A stretch of DNA of 64,000 bases from contig NW_003314295.1 of assembly GCF_000143415.4 (NCBI RefSeq), positions 1,426,907-1,490,906 of the forward strand, in the 5' to 3' direction. The notes below the pieces were generated by a model. It saw only the letters and a list, made by a program, of their open reading frames with translations. It did not search any database and had not been told where the DNA came from. The stretch is from Selaginella moellendorffii (lineage: Eukaryota; Plantae; Lycopodiophyta). A program made the position numbers and the translations under genes. Shown here piece by piece: positions 15,467 to 29,500 of the stretch; within the stretch, counting starts at the first letter, position 1; every line of letters begins with the position of its first letter.

Positions 15467-16705
15467 ATGAGGACGCAGCAGCAGCAGCAGCTTTTCGGGG
15501 ATGATCATAACAGCGAGAGCTGCGTCTACGATCCACCAGCAGCGGAAGGATCCTTGAGGTTCCAGATCTCATTGCGGTCCAAAGCAGGCTTGTTACCGCC
15601 ACCACCTGAAGCAATGAATCACGGGGTTTTAAAACAGGAGCCAGAAGTAGAGCAGGAACGAGAGCAGTACCTTGTGGCCCCAGGCAGCAAACAGCAGCAG
15701 CAGCAGCAGCAGCCGCAGCAGCAAACAAGTCGATCCTTGCCATCGCCACCGGGGATCAAGAACAGGAAGAAGTTCGTTGGAGTGAGACAACGCCCGTCTG
15801 GTCGCTGGGTGGCGGAGATCAAGGACACCACCCAGAAAATCCGGCTGTGGCTGGGGACCTTCAATACTGCCGAGGATGCTGCTCGAGCTTACGACGAGGC
15901 TGCCTGTTTGCTCCGGGGCACAAACACCAGGACCAACTTCATCAACACAGCTCCCGCTTCAGACGCATCGGCTCTTCCTTCCAAGGCCGCGAAGATGCTT
16001 CTCTTCCACCGTGGTTCCACACCCAGTAGCTCTACCACTGGCTCGTCTGCTGCTGAGAAGCTGCTCGATTTCTCCAGGCCGAAGAGAACTGCTGCTGTCG
16101 GTGATAAGAGTGTCAGCTGCTTTCTTCCTCCACCGAAAAAAATCTGTAGCTCGCTGGCACCCAGCAGCAGGCAGCAGCAGCAGCAGCAGGACGGCATCTT
16201 GGGATCGGAATTCACTGCCGAAGGCAGTGGCTTCTACAATCCTAGCTCCGGCCTGTACTCCCTGTCCTCCTCCAGTACCTCACACTATGTAAACTCGGAG
16301 GACCTGTCGAGCGTTGAATCGGCATTTGACATCTACTCGGGATTTCCTCAGTCATTCGACGAGATTCCGCTGCTGGAAAGCTGCTGCAGCAACAGTGTTG
16401 ACGCTTGCATGAACAGTAACGTTGCAAACGTCAGCCTTGGTGTTGAGCAGCAACAGGTCCAGAAAGGTTTCTATGAGAGGCAAAATTCGGCTTCTCTGAA
16501 TCAGGGGAACAGCGGCCAAGATTGTTGTCTCATGTTGGGAGCAACTTCTTCTTCCATGATGTCTTCTCCGAGCTTGTCGTTGCCTCCCTCGTTTTATTCT
16601 CAGAGATCGTCCGCATGGAAGCAGCAAAAACAGGAACCAGAACCCACCGGAAACGAGAATCAGGAGTGTTTATGGGATCTCACCCCTCTCTGCACTGTGA
16701 ACTAG
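15467..16705 (+). CDS. AP2/ERF transcription factor, ERN1/RAP2.11-like (ERF group V), intronless, poly-Q
   Basis: AP2 domain [58 protein letters not shown]-terminal YERQNSASL and LWDLTPLC motifs. 412-aa open frame. Confidence 0.93.
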   Translation: MRTQQQQQLFGDDHNSESCVYDPPAAEGSLRFQISLRSKAGLLPPPPEAMNHGVLKQEPEVEQEREQYLVAPGSKQQQQQQQPQQQTSRSLPSPPGIKNRKKFVGVRQRPSGRWVAEIKDTTQKIRLWLGTFNTAEDAARAYDEAACLLRGTNTRTNFINTAPASDASALPSKAAKMLLFHRGSTPSSSTTGSSAAEKLLDFSRPKRTAAVGDKSVSCFLPPPKKICSSLAPSSRQQQQQQDGILGSEFTAEGSGFYNPSSGLYSLSSSSTSHYVNSEDLSSVESAFDIYSGFPQSFDEIPLLESCCSNSVDACMNSNVANVSLGVEQQQVQKGFYERQNSASLNQGNSGQDCCLMLGATSSSMMSSPSLSLPPSFYSQRSSAWKQQKQEPEPTGNENQECLWDLTPLCTVN

Positions 16706-17974
16706 GTACCACTGTGCCAGAAGTTGATCGTCAGTGGTCTGAGCGAGGAGATCCCATAAACACTTACAGCTCAATTAACCGATCAACAGGGTAGTTTTCG
16801 GAACCGCTCACACAGCAACTACAAGAGTGTTACAGTTAGCTGTGTATAAAGTTTTGAAACAAGAAACTACACCTGGAAATTTTACTTTTTATGCTCGCTT
16901 GAGTCACTTCGGCTTTGACATTGTGCTTCTGCTACTGGGGCAGTGCAATCTATTGCATTGTCTGGTGCAATAACTTGTTCGTTTTGTCGCCTCCATAGCT
17001 ATCAAGTACCTGGGACGCTGCTGTCCATTTGACTCTGCTGAGAATCTGAATAAATCAAGCCCAGAAAAACTGAAGTTGTACCTTCGTGTTTACTATAGCT
17101 GGCAGTCCAGGATCACGTGAAAACTTCACTTCTGTAGTCCTTGATCCGGTCACAGCGCTCCTTTTTCAAAGCATACAAAGTTCCATGAAGGTACGCCTGC
17201 GCCTGAAACAGAAGAACTGTGCGCCTGCGTCAAAGCCCACACTACAAGAATCCAAGCAGCAATTCTCTGCGCTAACCTTTCTTGCTTGGACGTGGACAAT
17301 CCTCACTTGTCTCTTTTGCTACTTCAAACGATGCTAAGGAAAATGAAAAAGAAAACCAGCTAGCGACTTCACTCGTCCCTTTCTACATAGTGAGCGATTG
17401 CAACTTCAGTAGATACCTCTCACCTGCCCGCTGTGGCTGCATTTTCTTCCAAAAAGCCATGCTCTGCGCTCAAGGGAAAGGAACACTTGCATTTTTTGTT
17501 ATTCTTTGCGCCATCTCCCAAGGCATCTGTTCAGCCAAACACGTCAGTGGAAAACAACGACAGAAAAAGCTCATTTCTCTCACCTGCATTTGCATCTTTC
17601 GCAATAACCAGCGCACTTGCATCGTGTCCTCTGTGTGGCCATAGTCACAAACCTTTAACCCCGCTGCAAGACCATTGTTGCAAAGACAATACTTTTAAGT
17701 CCAACAGGACAAAAAATGTAAGAAAATACCAACCGCGGCGACAAAAATCAACGTCAGCTGCGTGGGGTACGAAGTATTCCTCCCAGTTACGTCGCGATAA
17801 GATGGCTGCATCAAAGCCAAGCTGTGCACTGACGGACGAATATGGAAACGCTTAAGTCGTTGTTGATAGCTTTTCCCTTGGAACAAGCGAAGAGTACCCA
17901 GTATTGGGGCAGCAATCAATGTGTGATCTTCTCGATTCATTTGCTTCCATCAATCTTCTTCGTGGGATCAAAGA

Positions 17975-19207
17975 ATGGACAGCAACACCGCCGTGGAGAT
18001 GTCTCTGATCGTTAACAGCAACGACAGCAGTAAGTAAAAAGAAAATCCTGTGCTCGATCCAAATCTTACCTTTGTTCTTTGATTCACATCCACAGCAGCT
18101 GCCGCTACCGGACCTATCGCTGCCACTCCACCCGCGAGCAAATTCTTTCTCCACGACTCGAAATTCCGGCGATTCCTAGTCTCCAAGCCGCTCGAGACCC
18201 TGCGATCCAAATCCCGGCTCCACTGGCTGCTCCTCTCGCTCAGCATCCTTTCGATGCTGACCGGGATGATCGCCGGGCAGCTGCTCACGCGATTCTACTT
18301 CGCGGCCGGGGGATCTCGCAAGTGGCTCTCGACATGGCTCCAAACGTCGGGATGGCCGCTGCTGGCGGTGGCCACTGGATCGATCTACTGGAAGCGCGGC
18401 ATCAAGCTCACGCCGCTCACCCCGGCGCTCGCCGCGACCTACATCGCACTGGGATTTCTTGGAGCCCTAGATAATTTCATGTATGCCTATGGCCTGGCAT
18501 ACCTCCCGGCCTCCACGAATGGCCTCCTCTCCTCCAGCCAGCTCGCATTCAATGCGATCTTCGCGCTGATCATCACGCGCCAGAGGATCAATCCCTTCGG
18601 GTGGAACGCGATCGTGCTGGTGAGCAGCGCCGCCATGATCTTGGCGCTTCACTCCGACGATGAGAAGCTCCCGGGCGTGACGAGGAAGGAGGTCGTCCTG
18701 GGCTACGTGATGACGATCGGCGCCGCGGCGCTGTTTGGATTGCTCTACCCTCTCATCGAGCTTGCAATCCGGAAATTTCTCACCAGATCGAGCGACGGCG
18801 GCGCCGCCGCCGTCGTGTTGGAGATGCAAACCCTGCTCTCGCTCATCTCCACCGCGGTGGCCAGCGTCGCCATGGCGATCAACCACGATTTCCTGGCGAT
18901 CCCGGGCGAGTCGCGGCGATTCAAGGCCGGCGCTGCGAGCTACTACCTCACGCTCGTCTCCACCGCCGTGTCGTGGCAATTCGCATTCTTGGGAACGCTG
19001 GGGATAATCTTCCTCTCCTCGTCGCTGCTCGCGGGCGTGATTTTGGCGCTCGCGATTCCCATCGGCTCCATATTCGCGGTCATCTTCTTTGGCGATAGCT
19101 TCGGCGGCGTCAAGATCATGTCCATGCTGCTCTCGCTCTGGGGATTTGTGTCTTACACCTTTGGCGGATACGTGGACATGAAGAAGGCTTCCAAGTTGGA
19201 GCCCTAA
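17975..19207 (+). CDS. Purine permease (PUP, drug/metabolite transporter family), copy 1
   Basis: Exon 1 17975-18029, GT..AG intron, exon 2 18096-19207 in frame. PUP motifs LLTRFYF..GGSRKWLSTWLQTSGWP, YAYGLAYLPAST and SSQLAFNAIF; about 10 hydrophobic segments. Confidence 0.93.
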
Positions 19208-19494
19208 AATAAAGAATATTTTAGTTTTCGTCTTCTACCAAAGGAAAAAAATTAAGGATAAATATTCATTAGACCCCTAAAGAACACATCTTAAATCCAT
19301 ACCAACACCAGCTTTTTGTCAAATCTAACACTGTGTTTGCCACATTTTCGATTTAGGTTAGAAGCTTTTCGTTATGTTCACATAACAACATTACTCTTGC
19401 AGCTGCGTCACATGAGTTGGTTAGGATTTTATACTTCATGTAAGTGTTATAAACAAGATCTAGGTGCTGATTAAATCCTTGATGTACTGCTCCA

Positions 19495-19650
19495 ACTTCT
19501 GTAGGATGAGCGCCAAAATCACTCTTGCAAGCAATGACAAGGAGAGGAAGATTATCCACCAGCCTTCTCAAGAAAGCGAATTGACACGACATGGTGGTCA
19601 TGAGGTAGTAGTTTGCAGCACAATCCCTTCATCCATCCCTTCTCTCATCC
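19495..19650 (-). pseudogene. Inverted, frameshifted purine permease fragment
   Basis: The minus strand reads TTMSCQFAFLR.. and aligns with TAVSWQFAFLGTLGIIFLSSSLLAGVILAL of the PUP genes. Confidence 0.7.
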
Positions 19651-19749
19651 CATGATGAGTAATTTTTAAAAATATATATATATATAAATAAATAAACCCA
19701 AAAAAGCTATTTGTCTTTTTTTCTTGGCCATCATTAGATGTTTTCCTAT

Positions 19750-20080
19750 TTATTTAGCTCTCCAGACTGTGGCATATTAGTTAACTAATTAGTTGCTGAC
19801 TTAGTGTTCTCTAGAGATAGTCAAATTGAACCCTGAGCTCTGACCTTCACCTTGGTCTGCCACCAAACGGCAAAGACAATCATCTAGGCAACCTATTTAA
19901 ATCCTTTGGTTTCATGGGTTGTAACGAGACCATGTAAACAGAATATAAATGAATGAATGAATGAAATATGTTAGACTTGGTGGTGGTCCTATATTTATTC
20001 ACCCTCACTGGCAACTATTGCTTTATCATACAACTTTTGCTTTTCTTTTTCTTGCTCCTTTCTTTTATTCCTTCATTATA
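19750..20080 (-). repeat. Inverted copy of the PUP copy-2 upstream region (21780-21990)
   Basis: TTTAGCTCTCCAGACTGTGGCAT and ATGTTAGACTTGGTGGT..TTTTATTCCTTCATTAT are near reverse complements of 21963-21987 and 21782-21898. Confidence 0.75.
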
Positions 20081-22182
20081 CTTGCTGCATGCTCCATATT
20101 TGTATATTAATTTCTAAGTATACCAGCATACGATCAGTCTTTTCTATTTCTATCTATATGTTCTTCCTAGCTTTTTGTCAAATCTAAGATTTTACCTATC
20201 ACTGTGTTTACATTTGCTCTTCCATTTTAATCCTCATTTCTTATACCATGCCACACTGTCATTCTCGATTTAGGTTAGAAGCTCTAAGTGCTACTTCGTT
20301 GTGTTCACATAGCAACACACTTTTGCAGCTGCATCACATGAGTATATATTTGTTTGGATTTTACACTTCATGTAAGTATTACAAACAAGATCTAAAACAA
20401 TATATAACATGTTATGTAATTGTATTGGTACTGCTAAAATCCTTGGTGTATTGCCATTTTCAACTTCTATAAGGTGTGATTACAATGTTGCTTCTCTTAT
20501 CCTCATAACAAGGAATTCAGAGATGAATTGAAAATATCAGAATGTAATGGTGCCATTCTTTAAATTTGATGTTTAACTTCCTTTTTTTTTTCTTTCTAAT
20601 CTTATATTTTTTCTTGGTCTTTACCACACCTTGTGCTACCATAGGGCTTTATCTTCATTTACAACCATTTCTTTTTTCTCATGATCTTTCTTATGATTGC
20701 ATGGTTTCACAAAGGTTCTGGGCAGCTCAAGAACAAGAGAGTTTAGGATAAAAGTGTTGCCTTTGTTCTTAGTGATCTTATGCCTCTAGATGGGTGCTAT
20801 AAACCCCCAAAACATGATAGGTGTTAACAGATCCCAATTATTTCTTGCACATTGATCACTAATGACTTTTAGTGACTTGTTTTGTCCCATTCCCCTGTTT
20901 TAATCGTTTAGAGTGTGAATGTCACTAAGAATTTTTTTCTTACTGTTTTTCAATTTCATTCTCTTGAGAGAATGATCCCATTTTCACATGCTTTTTTCCT
21001 CAATTTTTCTTCTTTTCCATGATTCTTTCTTTAGAAAATGGATGGATGAATAAGAGTCTAGCCATAATGATAGAGTGAAAATAAGGATGAATAATTAGGA
21101 TTGTGGTGTAAAGACTGTGATCAAGGGGCTGGAGGATTGACAAGGCATGCAGACTCTTCAAGGGGCACTCCAAAAGTCAAAGGTCAAGAAGCTGTTTGCA
21201 ATTGCATACACCTACTGCAATGATCTGATATCATTGATCTGATATGATCTGCAGCGATACTTAGTTTAACCACTTTTAATATCCTAGGAATTTATCATAA
21301 ATACAATGCAAACCATTTTTAAGTCAATTAGAAAACTTCTGGTAAGCTAAATTATCATTCTAGTCATGAATTAAATGTAAGTGGGCCTTTAAGAGATTTC
21401 CACTAGTCATTTATATATCTTTAAGACAAAATGATTTGGAGAAAGAATAAGCAAGTAGAACTAGAAATGAAGAAACACTTGAGCACACAGAGAGACTACC
21501 AAAGAGAACTTAAGTGGATAGAATACAATGCCTCAAACACATGAGGTGACGTCAACTTTCTCTCCCAATCCATGTATTTTTCATTGCAAATGTTGACAAG
21601 TATGTAACAGCATGCACGACATGATAAAATTACAAGTTTCTGTTAACTCTATGATTTGCTATTGTTGAACAACAACATTTTCAGCTAGATTATACTTAAT
21701 TCGAAGCTTACACATCCCCAAAATGTAATTTAAATAATAACTATAAATTAATACCAAGTGTGCAGCAAATTATTACTAGACATAATGAAGGAATAAAAGG
21801 AGGAGCAATAAGCAGAAAGAAAAAGCAAAAGTGTATGATAAAGCAACGGTTGCTAATTAGGGTGAATAAGTATAAGACTACCACCAAGTCTAACATTTCT
21901 TGTGCCAAGCCGCAAAGACAGCACCTAACTAATTAATTATGAACTCCTTAATGTAGAGAACCATGCCACGGTCTGGAGAGCTAAGTAATGCCACCTAATC
22001 TCGATTTGCCCATTGTAGAGGTGGTGTTTTTGCAGATGTGCTGGCAGTCGAAGAAGATTAGGAAAACATGGTGGTGGGTACTACATGACCATATCTAATA
22101 ATAGTGGCTGGCAACTTTTCCTTTAGCATTGATCTTCTGGGTTCAAGTTTTGCCTCCATCAATCTTCTTCTTGGGATCAAGA

Positions 22183-23419
22183 ATGGACAACAACACCACC
22201 GTGGACATGTCTCTGATCAATAACGGCAAGAACAGCAGTAAGTAGAGAGAAATGAGAAAGAAGCAAAATGAAGGAACAGAAAAAAATCTTTGCTCGATCC
22301 AAATCTCTAATTACCTTTTGTTCATCCACAGCAGCTGCGGCTCCACCCGCGAGCAAAATCTTTCACCACGACTCAAGATTTCGGCAATTCCTCGTCTCCA
22401 AGCCCCTCGAGGCCCTGCGATCCAAACCCCGGCTCCACTGGCTGCTCCTCTCGCTCAGCATTCTTTCGATGATGATCGGGACGGTCGTCGGGCAGCTGCT
22501 CACGCGATTCTACTTCGCGGCCGGGGGATCGCGCAAGTGGCTCTCGACATGGCTCCAAACGTCGGGATGGCCGCTGCTGGCAGTGGCGACTGGATCGATC
22601 TACTGGAAGCGCGGCATCAAGCTCACGCCGCTCACACCGGCGCTCGCTGCAACTTACACCGCACTGGGATTTCTTGTGGCTCTATATAGTTTCATGTATG
22701 CCTATGGCCTGTCCTACCTCCCGGCCTCCACCAGCGGCCTCCTCTCCTCCAGCCAGCTCGCATTCAACGCGATCTTCGCGCTGATCATCACGCGGCAGAA
22801 GATCAATCCCTTTGGATGGAACGCGATCGTGCTGGTGACCAGCGCCGCCGTGATCTTGGCGCTTCACTCCGATGACGAGAAGCTCCCCGGCGTGACGAGG
22901 AAGGAGGTCGTCCTGGGCTACGTGATGACAATCGTCGCCGCGGCGCTGTCTGGATTTTTCTTTCCCATCACCGAGCTTGTAATCCGAAAATTTCTCACCG
23001 GATCTTCCAGATCCGGCGACGCCGCCACCGTCTTGTTGGAGATGCAAACCCTGCTCTCGCTCATCTCCACCGCGGTGTCCAGCGTCGCCATGGCGATCAA
23101 CCACGATTTCCTGGCGATTCCGGGCGAGTCGCGGCGCTTCAAGGCCGGCGCTGCCCGCTACTACATCACGCTCGTCTCCACCGCCGTGTCGTGGCAATTC
23201 GCATTCTTGGGAACGCTGGGGATGATCTTCCTCTCCTCGTCGCTGCTCGCGGGCGTGATTATGGCGCTCGAGATTCCTATCGGCTCCATTTTCGCGGTCA
23301 TCTTCTTTGGCGATAGCTTTGGCGGCCTCAAGATCATGTCTATGCTCCTCTCGCTCTGGGGGTTTGTGTCCTACACGTATGGCGGATATATGGACATGAA
23401 GAACAAGAGCGAGCCCTAA
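22183..23419 (+). CDS. Purine permease (PUP), copy 2 (tandem paralogue)
   Basis: Exon 1 22183-22237 and exon 2 22332-23419. Same intron position as copy 1 and highly similar protein. Confidence 0.93.
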
Positions 23420-23572
23420 AAGAGAGCATATTCTACTTTTAAATTTGAATATACTTTCAAACAAAAATACACAAGCACATAAAAATTAGCGTAGTGGAAG
23501 ACACGATCATGCGTGGTTGCGATGCTTTGATAAATGCAAGAGTCGGGCCTTCATAGATTCCTACACGAATTA

Positions 23573-26500
23573 TCAAAGTAAAAGATCAAGACAAGAAAAA
23601 GAACTCGTTTGTAACTTACTGGCGAGCATGTAAGATCCAGGCCGGGTCACAAGCGTAGTCACGTAAGTCCCCTCTTGATCTAGCTGCGCAGCCACAAGTT
23701 CCCACATTGTTGTCACGAGAATGGGCGATTCTCTGGTGTAAATAAGTTGGAGCTCATTCGTATAATTTGCTGTTGCGTTTCCTGTCGAGATTGCCAATGG
23801 CACTGTGGGACTGCTCCTGTTAATGAATGCATTCAAGTCGTGAGCCAGAAACTATAAGAAAGCTTACTCGTTCGTCTTTCTCAGCATGAGGAAAATTGCA
23901 AAAGGCTGCTCGTCGTATGATGTTGAAGCCAGGGATGAAACGTTGGAAACTGGGACGCAGAGCCTGGCTACAATTCCCATGTCCAAAGCATTTCCGCTAA
24001 GAGCAGCTGATGCGTAAGGACTAGAACTTAGTTCATAGTGACTTTCGCGAAGGCTCTTAGGAAATGCTATGATCGTCGCGCCGTCATATGTCGAAACTAT
24101 GGTTCCACTTTGCGACAATGGAAACTTACATGTTCCTGAAAACAATAAGTCAGGAGAAAAGTATAGCAAAGCCAAAATTACCTGGAGTTCTACAAATGCG
24201 ATAGCTCGAGTTCGTAGAGACATCTGAGGAAAAAGCGGAATGATAGAAAAAAGAGTAGCTAATCAAGAAAATAGCTTGTGGAGGATTCGGATCCACATTT
24301 CCGGCGGCATCAATCGAGCGCGCGTGAAAGATGTAAAGCGAGGCCGGACATAAACTGTATGTTACCAGCTGCCTGCTACACTTTCTCCACGAATGTCTCT
24401 GGCCCTGCTACACAGACCTGAGTTCGCAACAAACTCAAAAGCTGCAAGATAAAATTTCACCTGTGGATCCAGTGACTGCAGCATACATTCATATCTTTCG
24501 ATACCCCCGCCATCGTATCCAGAGAGTTCAAAACTGGGACTCAAGGTGTTGACAACGCTACTACGAATCAAAGTTTCCGGCGTGCCCGTATCTGAGAGAA
24601 AGAAAAGAAACAGTTACTATGAATCTATAATGCCTAGGATGCGCTTACCTATGTACCACTTGCAGCCACTCCACAAAGAAAACGAAGATAGGTACCTGAC
24701 TTTGAAAGTGTGTGCTCCATCCACCAGAGGTCCGACGCAGTAGGGGCTTCCACAAGCCACGGGTACTTGCTCATCAACTTCACACTCGGTCCAAGATAAC
24801 GAGCTGTTGAAGGCCAATGTAGCTATCTGAAGGCGCGTGTAAGCCTCGGGGCACACCAGTCCATGAACTGCGCTCGAGTTTGACGTTAGAACCAGCTTTT
24901 GCTCTGCGTGATCCAATGCTATGTTGGAAGCTCTGTCCTCGGCTTTAACCATGAACGTATGCTCCACTCCAGGTGCTAAATAAGATTTCTCCACTCTCCA
25001 TGGACTCGAGCACGGCATCCAAGTGCCACCCTGCACTTGAGAGTCGAGGCGACAGTAGGATGTAGCAACACCAGATGTAGATCCAAGAGGCCCATCATCC
25101 ACCGAAAACTCCGCAGTTACTACCTCCAGATCTGGCCGAGAGAGCACAAATGAGACAACCGACGGAGGCGTCGTATCCACGAGAAACCTGTGCTTGATGA
25201 CGAGTCCGGTGTTTCCAGCTAAATCTGTTGCCGTCACGCTGAACTGATAGGCACCGTCCTCCAGATTCCGAAACCTTGCCGGGCTTGTGCACTGTTGCCA
25301 GCGTTCTTCTTCCCCGGTGTTTAGCTTCGTCATGCAGCAAGTCGTTGTTGACACCTCCGACGACGCAAACGCATAGCTGACATCTCTGGACGACGAAAAC
25401 AGCGGCGGTACTGCGAAGAACAGCACTTCAGGAGGCAAGCTATCGATGATGACCGTGCAAGTGGCTGGAACGCTGCTCAGAGCACCTCCGCTTTCATTTT
25501 CCGCTGCTCGTACGCTGACTATATAGATCCCGTCGGGCAGATTACTCAGTTCCAACGGAGACGAGCACGACCTCCACCCGTAAACGGCGGCCCCTTCAAT
25601 ATCTGACAGGTTTAAACGGCATGACCATCTTGGTTCCTGTATACCTGGGAGATTTGGCACGTCAAGCTCGAAGTAAACACGACAAGTTGAAACGTTGGTC
25701 AAGTCCTTGGGTAGTATCGTAACTATCTTTGCTCTTGGACGTTCCCTGTGAAGTAGCCAGTGGACAAATACTGGTTGTGGATCTTGGTTGCCTGCTTTGT
25801 CAACTGCTCTGACATGAAAGGTGTACCGTCCGTCTGACCGTGCCTCGACTTTGACCGGAGACCCACAAAGCGTCCATCCATGACTCGAGAGGATTCCAGA
25901 CGTGAACTGGCACTCGAAGTGATCCGTGTCAGCTGAATCAGATGAGAACTCAAACACTGGGGTCTCGCAGAAGACGGATGCTGACGACGATAGCAAAATT
26001 GTGCGAGGCGGTATGGTATCAATAGTAAAACTAGCGAAAGAAATCTCAGAGTAAGCAGTGTTCAAGAAGCTGCACAAAAAGCACGACTATTATCCCGCAC
26101 CAACTAAACAAGTCCACGTACCTTTCATCCCTTGCTTGAACAGAAAAAGTATAAAATGCATCTGGAAGGCCTTCAGTGAAGTAGTCATTCCCACATATTT
26201 CCCAGTCATGGGCCTTGGGAGTTTCAATGGATGCATCAAGCCTACAAAACCACTTTATGTACGGACCAGAAGTTCCTTCCACGGTGATGCGAACATTGGC
26301 GATATTCCCGAATAACGGAGGAACTTCAACTGGATTGATAACTGCAAACATTCTAGTTAATGGTCGAGAAGAGAACATTGTTGCATATGGTAGGCTGGTA
26401 CCTAAGCATGGTGTTGCACTCAAAGACGCGGCGCTTGCAACAAATGCAAAACGTTGTCCGAATCCGTCTGGACCTTCTTCTGGTACATAATAACCATAAA

Positions 26501-29500
26501 TCACTGCAACATAAAGTCCAGATTCTGGATCCGAAACAGACACCTACAACGTGAAGCGTCTTAAATCTTGCAAAGACATAAAATATTCCAACCTGTTCAA
26601 CATTGTTCATTCTGTCAGGACGTGGACCACCGTTTCCATACCGCTTGGTATTACTTGGATCAATCACGAACAAGTCCAAATCATTGACAAGGATGACACT
26701 TGCAGCCGGCAAGGCAGGCGGATCGTACCTGCAAAATACATCTGAGACGACTATAAACTGTTCCTCCAAGTCACTATACCATGCCAGCGTGAATTTCAAG
26801 TCCTCGGAGCCAGGAAAGCATGAGAAGCAATAACGTTGTCCAAATCCAGTTTTTAACGGGTTGCCTTCCTCCGCTGTAACGTTTAGTTTGTTGTGACCAG
26901 GGAGAAACAACGAGTGAAGAAGATCAATTCTTCCATAGCCTTGATTGAAGGAGAGTGGAGGATCTATGATCACTCCATTACCTGCTTAAAACTTCAATAT
27001 CAGCATACATCGTGTCTGAACAAACAAACCATTTAGTCCTCGCAGAGGCACAGCTCCATTAATAAGAATGGCTTTCACCAAGGCTCCCGAAGGTTGCCGA
27101 GAATGTGCGAGTACCTACAGTAACCGAGCTGTCAATTGAATTGCTGCAGCTTGACAGACAACCTTAGATCCTGTGGGGTAGAATCCATCCATAAAATATT
27201 GACGGATGAGTGCTGCTCCTCCTGCTGTAATTGGTGTCGCCATCGAAGTTCCTGATAAAACTGCAGTGGAATGTCAGCGAAGACTAAACACAAAGAACCA
27301 CGACAACAACCTAAGGTCCTGCATGTGGCTTCTTTCGAGTCCATGTTGCTCTTGGCAGAGACAATCTTGTCACCTGCAAACAAGCGCGACGTCAGCTCAA
27401 GGAAAATAGTCTCGTTTGGAAAACCTGGCGCAACAGTTTCTGGTTTTTGACGTCCGTCCAGCGTTGGACCCCACGAAGAAAAACTTGTCATGGAATCAAT
27501 GCGTTCTCCATTAAAGGGAACGTGGCCGACCACTTCCACAAATACTGAGTCACCGTGCGTGAGCATCGAGTCTAGATAATCCCCGAAAACTCTGGGAATT
27601 GAACCGCTTGGAATGGTTATACTCTCCAGTGACGATCTTAACGACAACGGAAAGTAGCCTGTGTTTTCGTTGTTGAAAAACACGGCTGCCACACTACCGG
27701 CGTCTTGTATGGCAACAAGCTGCAACGATAAGAAAAGGTTGGCATGTACACTTAATCAAGGAAATTGTACCTTATCAATGCAGTCACAGCCTTCTCGACT
27801 TGCCAGCACCACCATTCCTGCTGCGTTGGGAGGTGAGATACATGCCTCTCCCGGTATTGCTCGTAGTAGCGGAAATGGACCCCAATTATCCTGAAACATT
27901 ACTCCGAAAGAGTTCTCTAGCACCCCGACCCGCAAGTCACTGGTCCCGTTCAAAACGTAAAAACGTAAAAGAGCAAGGTTTTCATGACGTATGGAATGCC
28001 CTGGGCCCATACTCGCGCCTACAGTTAAACTGTTTTTTGACATTGCTGGAGAAGTAATAGTTCCTGCAAAACTTCAGAAGGGTCTCGAATGAATGAAACT
28101 AAAGAAAAAAGTCAGTCTTACCTACAGAGGAATAAGACGAGCCAGCATTGCCCGCAGCAAAAACAGGTAGGAAAGCCTGGAAAATGCAGAAACAAGGGAA
28201 AACGTGATGAATATGGGAAAAAAAGAGAATTTTAGAGATCTTACAGGATTGTTGTAGGTGAATGCATCCACACTTCGTGACATAAGGTTATAGGAACGAT
28301 CCACAGTTGTCCAAGAATCACTATGAATTCTTGCACCCAGACTGTATGCCTCCCTGTGGGTATTCATCTGAGAAATAGCAGGTTAGTAGACATAAAACAC
28401 CACACAAGCAGACATACCAGTAATAATCCGAAAGATCCATGGGTGGCGTGACATAAGTGTTCTTTCCAACGCCAATGTCCGTGAAGACAAGCTTCGCATG
28501 AGGCGCCATGCCGTTGTACTTGCTGGATTCGATAGTAAAGTCACTGAGTGTTTGATCGCACTGACCAAGAAGAGAACCAGCAACATGAGAACCATGACCA
28601 TAGCTGTCGATCAAGTCTCCACCCCACATCACTCTGTAAGACAGCACCTTCCTGTGGTTTGGACCTGGCGAAGAAACTTGCTCGTCCCGAAAGTAGCAGC
28701 TGTTTGACATGAACAGTGTAAAGATCTTTTAGAAAAGTATACGTACCTCAGTAAGTCGACACCACTGTCACCAACACCAACAATTTGGCCGTCACCCATG
28801 ATGCCCATGCCCCAGAGTGGTCTGCTCGGAAAAAAAGGAGCTCCTCTCTCCAGAGGAGCCGAGACGCCACTCTGTTGGATTGCGGATGAAAACATATTGC
28901 CAAGTCGTCCCCTGAACGCTGGAGCGATCCAAGTTACCCATTCTTGCTTCGACAGCCATTCCACATACTCTCTGGCTTGATCCAGCGGTATTGCTGCTTG
29001 CAGTGCCGCAGGTTCTAGCTTTTTGAGCTCCACGACCTTACCATGCTCGTTTAAGCTGGAGTTCCAGTGTTGGATCAAAAGCTCCAGGATATCGACCTTA
29101 GTTGTGCATGGCTTAGAAACAACTCCAGCAGCTGTTAGCACAGTAGCCACCACACGTCCCTGGCTATCAAAGAGGACGTCTTCTTCGAGTTTCTTCGCAA
29201 AAACTTCCTGCCACTCCGGAGCAACCTTGTATCGAGACTTGTACTCCCCAATCCAGGAAACACCCTTGGTTCTCTTCACACGATCCACCTCCAAGTTTTT
29301 TGGAAGAAAAACGTTCCAGCTATGGTGTGGCAAGTAGTGGACGATAGCACAGCCGAGCTTCACTAGATCATCTCGGACTCCCGCATTGTCCCCTCGGCCG
29401 CTAAGCTTGACGATCACCTGTTTTGCAAGCTTCTCATACGCACAGCCCGACGAGCCAGTCTCGCCAAGATCGCGTGATGGAGCAAGCGCCGGCGATTTTC

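Noticed and set aside
17086-17900. Overlapping 80-140 aa ORFs between the ERF and PUP genes
   Set aside because: Non-ATG starts, no motifs and no consistent splice pattern.
18467-23464. Antisense ORFs of 170 and 260 aa over the PUP genes
   Set aside because: Shadow frames of GC-rich coding sequence.
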